Source of the DNA: Tubiluchus corallicola
Taxonomy: Eukaryota; Animalia; Priapulida
Reading direction: 5' to 3'
DNA: 64,000 bases
Assembly (NCBI GenBank): GCA_030141605.1
Contig: JAQGDQ010000023.1
Location: forward strand, 930,001-994,000
Part shown: one piece after another, positions 53,801 through 64,000 of the stretch
How positions within the stretch are numbered: position 1 is the stretch's first letter
Layout: the number at the start of each line of letters is the position of its first letter
Position numbers and translations under genes: made by a program
The notes under the pieces: model-generated
Databases searched by the model: none
What the model saw: the letters and a program-made list of their open reading frames with translations, nothing else
Told to the model about the DNA's origin: nothing

Positions 53801-56800
53801 AACAAATTGTTTGAAAAACCAGTTTCCAGAAAACAACGATTAATATTATCGACATTTTTTTATTTTAACTTTTTTTGAAAACATGAATTTTATCACTGAT
53901 TATTAAGAAATACGTAATTTGAACAACTTTCTCGAATATGAAAACATCAATACAAGGAAGCGCGATCTTCACAGCAGTCATAATTAATGTGCACGCTGTT
54001 CTTGATGATTATCAACAAGTTTTTTGATTTCAGGTTTAATTGTTGATATTGCGACTCGCATGTCGCTCCTCAAATCCAAACGGTTTCTTGCCTTCGTCTT
54101 CAAATATAGCATTGCACTGAAGCCTAGCTCACATTTGTATGCTGTCACAAATGGAACCAACACCTCGAAAGCCAAATACAGCACAAACAAAGCGACAAAA
54201 TATAAGCTTTTCGTGGGCGGGTAAAAGTATTTTCTAGCACACTGCGCAGGAATATTGTTTGTGAAATATTGCCTAACCTGTAGAAAGAATATCGCGATGC
54301 TGCAACTTGGTGTATTTTACCCTTTTCACCGGCTACAGAAAGAAAAAAATGTGTCGATCTGACACACCTTCTGCGTACCCCTGGCATTGCTGTTGCGTAC
54401 CCCCAGGGGGTACCCATACCCCCGGCTGGGAACCACTGCTCTACAGTCAATTATCAGCTGTGCTCCTATAATAAATGCTGCATACATTTGCATGTGATTT
54501 GGGTTAAAAATGGCTTGCTGTAAAATGTCAACTTAACAAAATTTTATTGCTAGAAATTTGGTTAAAAATTAATTCTTGGGAGAGAAGAAGATAGCAAAAA
54601 AACGATAAGAAATGCCCAAAAATAAAATAAAGAATGTATTTGATCCTGAAAGCTAGGTTTCTAAAAATCAAGAATTCAGGGTCGAACTTTGATCTGTATC
54701 AATTTGTAATGAAAATAAAGAGCATCAGTACAAGGACCAGTGTATTCTATGTAGCAGTTTACAGCATTTGTGAAGCGTCCATTTTAATTCTTACGTCTTG
54801 GTATTTCTCTAATGATCAGTTCCTTTATGGACTCTTGCACTATATCTTTTTCAACTGACAAGTTTTTTTCTGGTTGCTGTGTTTGTGTCACCATTTCTAC
54901 AAGTTGGTCGTCTAAGAACTTCAGCCATGGAAGCATTTTTAGAATTGCCTGACGGTAGATATAATTATCCCCCTACAAAAGATCAAGTACAAGTGAATAA
55001 ATATTTTCATCTTTTTTTTTGCAATCCCACTAACTCCTTAGTCTTAGAACTGTCTGATGTCTCCAGACGTTAGCAAGTATTCTTGAGTACTAGGCATATA
55101 AAACTTTGTTTTTTATACACACCCCACAAGCAAGAATCCTGCACTCAAATATGGAATCTACAACTAACACTGAATAGTTTGGGCAGGTCAGGAGGCAGTT
55201 TTCTCAAAAAGCTAGCAGCCACCAATTCATTTATTAGCCAGGTTCATCACTACTTAAAGGAAAAGCCAAGTCTCTCGGGAAGCTGAATTTATTTGAATAT
55301 TAGAAAGTTTCAGGAATAAAATTATGTGCTAAATGCTTCACGTAATTAGTGAAGTCAATTTAATTGGGACAACCACTTCGCGCTTGTGCTTCCTCATTTT
55401 GAACGAAAAATGGTGTCATCTGGTTACCGTGCAATACAAACACATCCGTTCATGTGCTTGAGCAAATTTGTTTTACAGGTGCAGTTATAATTCTCAGCTA
55501 TAAACAATTCAAAATGTTAAAGTAGAGATTATTAATACAATTTTTTGTTTTTTTGATGAAATGGTGATTTTGTTGGTTACTATGTAATCAAAAACAGTTA
55601 CTTATGGTAATTAACCCAGACAAAGTAACAGAATAATGTTAGGTTTGATAAGATGGGGTGGGCAGCAAACTCGTGTGCCACCCCGGGCGCCTCTAGCTAT
55701 GCCACTGTCTCTCTGCCTCACTGCCCCCCCTCTCTCTCTCTCTCTCTCTATCTCTCTTTCTCCTTCCCTCCCTACCTCTTTCTCCCACTCCTTCTTTCTA
55801 AAAGTAGTAAAGAAATACCTGAAAACCAATGCCAGGAACAGTGCATATAGGATTTCCTTCAAGAATTAGATTCTTCAGCTTTTTGCACATAGTCAAAAAC
55901 TCTACTTGTATGATGTCGTGTAAATCATTCCTAAAACAAAAAAATGAAACTTTACAATATGTTTTATTAAAAGTGTTACTATACTATCTAGTGCAATTTG
56001 TCATAACAAAGCTCGAGCTGTTAACAAAATATCATATGTAATTAAAACATTGAAACACTTTTAAAATAATAATGAATTTGGTGCACACACAGCACAGAGA
56101 AAAATTCTCGGCAGAGTAAATGGCGCTGTGGATGCATATCATATGTAGTCACATTAAAATTACACTAACTCTTACTGAGATCAGAGTTATGGTCCAAAGA
56201 AATTGTCTGCTGGGTAATAACTCAAGTTTAGCAAAACTAGACATTACACATTAGACATCAAGCACATATATTCATTACTCCCCAGATGTAGTGCAGTTGT
56301 TTGGTGATCTATTTGGAAGGGGACACTTGGTATTTAAACTGTTTACTCCGCACATAGTTGTGTAAATGCTCTTGTGTAATATGGCTGCTCATCCACAGCA
56401 ATTTAGTTACATTTTGGAATGGAGATTAACAGTGTATGATGTCCTATTTTTACAAATACCCAGGACAAAACAATAGGATATATTCTAGTAAACCGTCGAC
56501 ATATACGAATGATTAAAGATAAATCCCCGGAACTAAACTACCCGCTCAATGTTAATACGATATATTTTATGATGAAAGATGACAGACACTAGCTTTCACC
56601 CCAAACTAATTCTTTATTCACTGGTTTTTGTATTGTCCTTAGAAAAGATGCTTATATCATTTTAGCCCTCGACATAATGAAGCGTATGATGATCAAGGCA
56701 GTAACTAAAATAACTGCAGGGACCATCCCTAATGCACATCCATGGCAGCTCATGTACCTGACATTTCTTCCTCAATGATGGGCCAGTCTTTTAAGGCATT

Positions 56801-59800
56801 ACCACCCTGCACTACGTGGTGATATGCATCGTGGCAGATGTGACTTTATATGTGAAAAGCGCCTTTCAAATGACCAAAAAGCAAACTGACAATCTATGTA
56901 AAACAACACACAAAGACCATAAGCCACCAGTGTTTTGTTTTGCAAGAATATCAGTAGCGAATTATACGAGGTTGAAAAGCTTTTCTTAACTATAACCCTG
57001 CTGAATTCCAAGTACTACTCTGGACTCGGAATAAAAGCAGAAGTGCCATAAAGCAAGGTGGTAAACACTTAACAAGACCTGATAGCAGAATCTAACAGAT
57101 GACTGGTGCTTGGGCAGGTGAACAAATGCAAAATTATTTATAATAATTAATGTAGAGCAGGAAGTAGTTTCCTTCGACTATAAACTACCCAATTTCTTTA
57201 AAAATTCTTTAATATAATAGGCTCACATTGCAGTAGTTAAGTTATCAAATTACAGGCCTTTCACATTGACTTCACAGCACAGTGCAATTTTTACACGACC
57301 ATAATAGGACAGCTACACAATATTAATAAGTGCATAAGCTTACAGAGAACAAATTCACTGTTTTTGAAGTTTCAAATGCAAATCAAGAAGCTTATATCAC
57401 TTCAAAAAATTTCAATTTAAAAACTAACCCTTCAAGGTCTAAAATTTTCAAATTCATCAAAAAGCTGAGTGGAGTTAGGTCGCTCACATGATTGTATGCA
57501 GCAAAAATCTCTGACAATAGAGGGAAAGAACTTGCACCATCCAGATCTGTTAAATTGCAGTGAGGTAGCCAGAGCACTTGTAGTTGTTTCATACATGTTC
57601 CCAAGTCCCTGAAAATGTAGTGTTTAATTTGATGAACATATTACAAGGTTATCACAATAGCTACTCTGCTTTACACTTCTTTTACTTACCACATCTTTAA
57701 AGGACAAGAAAAGTAAAATTTAATGCGAGTTTAAAAATACGTACATTATCAAATTATATTACTGCATCATAAACTTATGCTATTAAAGTATTCAGATTTT
57801 CAAATTTTGCCCATTATCTATTTTTATATTCAAACGGCAGTACAAACTTTGAATTCTGTCATGTTTTTTTTTGAAAAAGGACAACATCTATTTTTTAATT
57901 TGGAGTAAAATGCTAGTGAGTTCATTGGATCCTGGATGGTCTTACAACATGACATATGAGACACTGTGACACACATCATTAGAGTTTATACACACAAAAT
58001 GACAAACATTGATAATAGGGAAAATTACATCATTGTAGTTTATTCAGATGAGTAAAATTTCAAATGTGTCATGTTCATTTTCTACAGTTTTCTTAATCTA
58101 AATCTTCAGATAATGATTAGACATAATAATCCATGTCTAACTACACTATATAGGCCTATTAATTACACTTAGTCGAAAACTTCGAGAGGGGTGTAGCAGT
58201 GCTGCCTCCTTTAACTTCCAATTCTTATCAAATTAGACTTCTTGAACAGTAATCCACATCGAAATTTACTACTACTAAACTGATTAAGGCCCCATTTTTG
58301 TGCTTTAGTGGAAAACAGGATGTTTCAGACCATACCTAATTTTGACCTACGCTCGGAAACATATGTTTTATTATCTACAAAATGTCTAATAATTAAATAA
58401 TATGTTACAAACTTAATTAGTGGCTAGTGGGAGTACCTATAAATGATGTAAAATGATGGGTAAAAATTTTGAATCCTGTAAAAATTGCTGTATGATTGCT
58501 GACCAATTTATCACAAGTCAGATAAAATACGTAAATAATGTTCCGACACAAAAATGATTTGAAACTGTTTTGTCTTATCAGTTATTTTACACAGCAAGAG
58601 ATTATCCACATGATTCCAATTGTGGAACTTCATCAATTATTTGATTTTGAGATTAATTTTACCAGTAAGGTAAAATAAATGTAAATGTATCATTGGCACT
58701 TTAGAGTCCTCCTGGATTATATGAATTAATGACTAATATACTAACAGCACTAAAGGCATTATATGCTGCATTCGTTTGGCCGGTGCTCCTTCAGTGTGGG
58801 ATTTCATCATGCAGCCAATTCAAGGAAATATGGTTACAGCATGTAAATAATTTTATCGTAACAATATGGTAAACATTTCAAAAACTTTTGCTGTAAGTTT
58901 TAAATTCCTACTTTAACTTACATTTTCTTATGAATTCAGCAATTTTTATTTTGTGATGGACATAACAGTTTACTGAGCTGATCAATAACTTAATGACTAG
59001 CCAACCAAATCTCTTTCAGCAGTCATCAACGACAACCGAACACCATTGTTCGTTCATTGATCACTGACCACTGATTGGCTTGGCCATTGTTAACATTTTT
59101 ACGCTTATCAAGTAATTTCTGGTACTTCAGCACACTACATGTTAACACTTAACTGTAGGGCCAACTTATTATTTCACTGCTCATAGAATCAGAACATTAC
59201 TAATCATTGAGAGTCCTCTAACATCAAGTACTAAAGCAACAACGGTGTCTTGTGCAAGTTTGAGAATCGTATGGCTAAAACTGCCTACACATGACTTTCT
59301 TACCTGTCGCATCCTTGTGTTGATGATAAAAAAGAATTTTTTAAACCACAGGAAGAAATTGTTAAAAGTTAAGACTGAGAGCTTTAACTCTGGCTAATGA
59401 TCAAATGAAACCACAATTGCCGAGTTGTAAAAAAAAACTGATTTCTTTTCAGATCATAGCCAAGTTTGCTTTCAAGAATTCAGTAATTGTGGATTCACTC
59501 ATGAATCCTCATCGTTCACTCCAATCATAGTTTCTCCCATTGTCACTTAACTGTGATTAAGAAACACACACCGTGACAACGAAGCCATAGTCCCCTTCCT
59601 TGCTTACAGTAATGAGCAAGAATGACACATTCGTGCAAAAGTAGTAGTGAGTGAGCAAATACTCAGATTACTAAAACGCACTGCTGTCTCGATGTATAAA
59701 TACAAAGGAAGCTGATTCAGCTTACCTAACTGTAGGTAAGTTGCTATTGGAAAGTATAAGCTGATGTAGATTTGGAACATAATATCCTAGACCCGCAAGA

Positions 59801-62621
59801 GGTGTCTTTTTCGAGTCAACTATCATTTCTAGTAAATGTGCATCATTTAAGTTTTCCACTCCAGTTAATACTTTCTGAAAACAAAAATAGTTGAAAGGAG
59901 AACAAAAAAAGGCAATCATATGTAATTCACATGTATAAAGTAATTTTTTAAGAACTGTATATGTATAATAACAAACAACAAAGTACTGGAAGGCATGTTT
60001 ACATGGTTTTTTGACCAAATTGTTCTTCTGACAAATGGTCGCTTAATAAAGGGCTATGTGCTTCTTCATGTAATTCAAGTATATTTATTTAACATGCCAA
60101 TACAATCATGCTTCTGCATGCAAGATGTAGAAAAGTGATGATATATGACATTATAATTGTAATATGACTACATGACACTAAATAGCCACTAAATGACAAC
60201 AGAATGACAATGTGTCAATGTGCAATTAGTCACACGCTCTCTCTACATGTAATGCAAAATACATGAAGGAGAGAAAATGAGTAGTGTCAAAATAGTCACA
60301 CATATAGTTTACAGCAACATCCATGTATAGTAGTTTTTGCAACACAAAAGGCAGTGGCGTCGTGCTATAGGCCCCCCCCCAATTTTTTAGAAAATGTCAA
60401 AATGGCAAACGGTAAGCAAATTTATTTCTGAATTTTTGACACACAATAGCGGGCCAGCGCTCCATAAATGCGAACAGTATGAGCGTTTCGGTACAGTAGC
60501 CCAATAATATTTTTTATCGTTAAAGTTTGTTGCCGAGTTAAATTATTCTGACTGTTAATACGTGCCTGACCAGATGTGTTTACCTATAAGTCAGGATGTA
60601 GTTAATTTGTTTGCATGTATCTATTCAGGAGGCAGGCAGGAACAGTTAACAAAGCAGCTCGTTGAGTAGCATTAGCGTCTTTGCACAAAAGACTGTTAGT
60701 TAACAAAACGGCTCAGTTAGCACTCGAGCTTCGTTCAGCAGTGTGTTATAATAGTGAACAAGTGAAATAATAGAGCAAAAACAATGCAAATATTGAAGTC
60801 ATGTTGAGCTAGCCTAGTACCAGAGAGTCGGTTTGGGAGATACAAATTGATGAGCCACCTCCTGATTGGACATTACCGACTCTTTGCTACTCCTTAGCGA
60901 CTCTTTCCCACGAGTTTGCTGCATAAATGGGCATAATTTTGAGCAACTCGGTGGTCATCTCGCGTCGACAACTGCAAGGCTCTCAAGGACAATCTGATTG
61001 GTGTAGTCATGACATTGGAATCCTTTACCGAAGGACCATCATATGATCGAAAAACTGCCGGAGAGGCATTCTCCCTCCTAAAATCAATAAATTATGAATT
61101 TTGTCTGTGTTTATCAATCATGACTGATCTGCTGGGAATGTCGCAGATTGTTTCCAAAGCACTACAGAGCAAAGAACTCAATGTGCCATCAGCAGTGGCT
61201 CTCATTCAAGCCTTAATTAAAGAGACTGCAGCAAAGCGAACGGTGAATGACTTCGAAAAGTACTGGAAGATTGCACAAGAAATAGCTGAGAGCATTGGGG
61301 TGCACGGCAGAAACACGTACAGAAATATCCTACTAAATGCCCACCCGAGCTCTGGCTAGTATCGGCGTGGATCATGCGTTGCAAATATCGGGTGCAAGTA
61401 ACAACCCAATCTAATGAGCTTGCATTTGATAGATGTATCCCGATATACATTAAAGTGTGGTATTTACTCTCATTCTAAGTGAGTTGATTAACGAGGTCCA
61501 TGATTCAAATCTGGATCAGTCAAACATTGTCTGCATGTTGCAGACACATATTATAGGTGAGAAAATAGACAAGAAAATAAAAATTGTGTCGCTGTATATC
61601 GCTTTTTACGCTTTAACCTCTTTGCTTTATCTTGGTGTAATACCTGTCATTGCTTTTCTACTATACCCCTATAGTCATCCTGTAACGTATTCATGTTATG
61701 TTGTTGGCTTTGACTTGTGCTGCTGAATCATTTAAAAATAACGTTTGTTGTTAGTTCAACATCTTCATCTTGCCTCGGAATAAAAAGTTTAGTAATTATT
61801 AAAAATATTAAGTTAAAGGTACATATGTTTTGGTAGTCGTCTTTTCGCCGTATCTTTGGATTCCTGACAGCTAATAAATACTTAATTAAATTTTAATTTA
61901 ATTTTAATTAAGTTTCCGTTGCTATAGCTTTAAGTTAAATGCCAGTTGGGAATAAATAAATTGTTTTTCTTGCACGCAAAATACTGTGTGGGAATTCAAA
62001 ATTATACGTTTTTTAAACAGTTAAGTTCCGCCATTATATACAGTCGGGCCCCCCCAATTTTTTTTGGTGCACGGCGCCCCTGACAAAAGGTTTTACAACA
62101 GATGCACTCATAAAAAAAAACAAGACCTCAAGCTTAATGCAGATCACCAGGAAGAACCCAAAACAGAAAACAAGGAATTATAAGAGAAAAACAAAAAAAC
62201 AGAAAATGATGTTTTACGAAATAAGTATTGCTTGACTCGTGAAAATGAGTCAATGAGTGAGGAAAAAGGCAGCCTGTATCACAACTGCAATAAATTTTGT
62301 TTTGTAGACATTTTTTGTTTCTTGTGTGCTGTTTCACAAATTCGTCATACTTTGAAAAATTGAAATCCTTAAGCTGACCAAAAACATGAAAAGGCTAAGT
62401 TATGCGCTTGCAAGGATGCATCAATGTGACTCTGCATGGTAGGAATAACGAAATTTAGACAGCCGTTAGCTGTCTCTCATTCCCTCAAATCTTTAACTAC
62501 AGCTTACCAATCTGTCTGGAGTTATCATCTCTTCAAAATCATGCCTGTCTTCTTCCTCCTTCTCGTCCGCATCGTTAGAATCATTTAGAAATCCCATATC
62601 ATTGTTGTAGGACTGTGACAT
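50854..62621 (-). CDS. LRRC56: Leucine-rich repeat-containing protein 56 (ODA8-like ciliary dynein-arm transport factor), ~533 aa
   Basis: Exons 62621-62508, 59874-59726, 57608-57429, 55930-55819, 54972-54795, 52216-52094, 51884-51650, 51476-51343, 51230-50854, all phase-consistent (1602 nt). EEMITPDRLKVLTG..LEMIVDSKK..LGYYVPNLHQLILSNS..VRDLGTCMKQLQVLWLPHCNLTDLDG..AAYNHVSDLTPL..LKILDLEGNDL..LILEGNPIC..YRQAILKMLPWLKFLDD, plus SELTKGGAVVSG. The 3' exons are less certain than the LRR exons. Confidence 0.88.
52429..53383 (-). mobile_element. Non-autonomous pogo/Tigger-like element, 955 bp, in an LRRC56 intron
   Basis: TIRs CAGTAGTCGCCACTTAATAGACTCAC / GTGAGTCTACTAAGCAGCGACTACTG, with TA on both sides (52427-52428, 53384-53385). 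A transposase-tail-like remnant KMKQPSLKEFL lies on the minus strand. Confidence 0.82.
53721..54438 (-). mobile_element. Non-autonomous hAT Buster/Charlie-type element, 718 bp
   Basis: TIRs CAGTGGTTCCCAACC / GGCTGGGAACCACTG. Perfect 8-bp TSD CTCTACAG (53713-53720, 54439-54446) with the central TA typical of Buster elements. C-terminal transposase remnant LVPFVTAYKCELGFSAMLYLKTKARNRLD. Confidence 0.93.
55707..55800. repeat. (CT)n and pyrimidine-rich low-complexity tract
   Basis: CTCTCTCTCTCTCTCTCTCTATCTCTCTTTCTCCTTCCCTCCC. Confidence 0.85.
60352..62082 (+). mobile_element. Internally deleted hAT (Tip100/ZMYM1-like) DNA transposon, 1731 bp, in LRRC56 intron 1
   Basis: TIRs CAGTGGCGTCGTGC / GCACGGCGCCCCTG. 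Perfect 8-bp TSD ACAAAAGG (60344-60351, 62083-62090). Transposase remnant ATRWSSRVDNCKAL...AGEAFSLLKSINYEFCLCLSIMTDLLGMSQIVSKALQSKELNV. Confidence 0.92.
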
Positions 62622-64000
62622 GATCCTGTTAGATCCTTAGATACATTTAAGGTTATATGGCAAAACATCTGAATAGAAAAAATACAACCATGATATAATT
62701 ACAAAGATAAGCCAACAAAGGAGGAAAGTATGCACTAGATAACATGATTGCCTTTTTGCTAAAAATGAAGCAAAACTAAGTATTTGTTCTATGATCAATT
62801 CCTAAGAATTCTAACAATGAGCAATTGTTTTCAAAAAGTGCAAAAAAAGATACTGAACATTCCAAATTTTCCAATCAAAAACGTGCTTCATAGTGAGTGG
62901 GTGGAGAGAATTCCTAGTAAGAGGGTATCTAGAACAAATTGCAATAGAATTTTTCTCTTCAGATTCTGTTAGATTAGAATGTAGTTTCAGGTACCCACAA
63001 CAAAAAAAATCTGCCAAAATCGGCTTTGCTACTTTTGAAATATATGCATAAATCCAAGATGGCACTTCCTGGGTCATAGGTGAAAACGACAGCATTTTTG
63101 CAAGTTTCATGATAACGTCAAATATTATAATGACGTAATTAGGAACATCATGGCTTCACTTTTGTTAAAAATGGGTCACTATAATTGATTTTTCATTACC
63201 AGTACTTGTAATAGAAATGAAAATCAGTTACAGATTGACCATGCATGTCATCAGTGTCCATAAATATCATTTCCTTTCTAGATGGTGCCTATGGAGGTCA
63301 AAAATCGATTGCTTCTAAACAATTGATCCTAGAAGGAAATTATGATTTAACGTCTGATAGGAACGGTGATCACTGGAATTGGTTACTCACACCCAGCACA
63401 ATTCCTCATTGGTATCAAAGTCATATTAGCAGATGCAACGTATGACACATAGGTGACTTCAGTGGCAAAAGTCAAGGTAGCTGAGCTATCAGCAGAAAAG
63501 GTGCACATCTTACTGCCATATACAACAGAATTAGCATGACACAACTGTCTAGTAGAAGAACTTGATCATTAACATAAATGATATTTTAGTTAGACCAAAC
63601 CTTTACCGAAAGGCTCCTAAATAGCTGGATGAGAGTCAATCGATCACAATAGACCAGGTGGGGCGAGTTGTTGCATGATATAGCTTTACAGAACAATACA
63701 AAAACGGCAAAGACACAAGGAGAATTACATTCTGCTGCACAAAGGTAGTATGGGACATTGTAATATTTGTAGAAGTTTGGGTGGGGGTGCCATTCCATTA
63801 CTGTTGCTCCTGTAATCAGCAGGTGTGATACAGTATCGCACGTGTTTGCCACTATCTTGAAACTTAGCTGTATAGACCAAGAAACTAGATGACACTGGAT
63901 GCATTATTATGGACCCTAATGCAAATCAGCAACAAATAGCTGATGTACGATAGAGGGTGTTAGTTTATCTTTACAGGAGAGGAATGGAAGACGTGAATAA

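Noticed and set aside
63245-63852. Short ORFs at the right edge (HPNFYKY, AAECNS) hinting at a transposase remnant or another gene
   Set aside because: Motif similarity too weak and no consistent exon structure or TIRs visible.

Overview
AT-rich, intron-rich eukaryotic (invertebrate-type metazoan) genomic DNA, not prokaryotic; the ORF track mostly shows exon fragments and noise. I assembled gene models by hand from GT-AG sites and phase continuity: the last four coding exons of major vault protein (MVP, +), an intronless PTB/PID-domain adaptor (+), an unrecognised single-pass membrane protein gene (+), an SLC16/MCT-type MFS transporter (-), Mediator subunit MED15 (15 coding exons, +) and LRRC56 (9 coding exons, -). 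Introns and spacers contain decayed mobile DNA: CR1/L2-group LINEs, a BEL/Pao remnant, the structured 5' end of a probable RTE-clade element, two pogo/Tigger elements, two hAT elements with perfect 8-bp TSDs, and several MITEs/foldbacks. There is also a (CAT)n microsatellite, a 31-bp minisatellite just upstream of MED15, and a 43-bp tandem repeat that multiplies a MED15 splice donor. I see no clear-cut new multi-gene system. The best leads are the splice-donor array, the pseudoknotted retroelement leader RNA, the orphan membrane protein, and the MED15 promoter minisatellite. All family assignments come from remembered motifs, not database searches.
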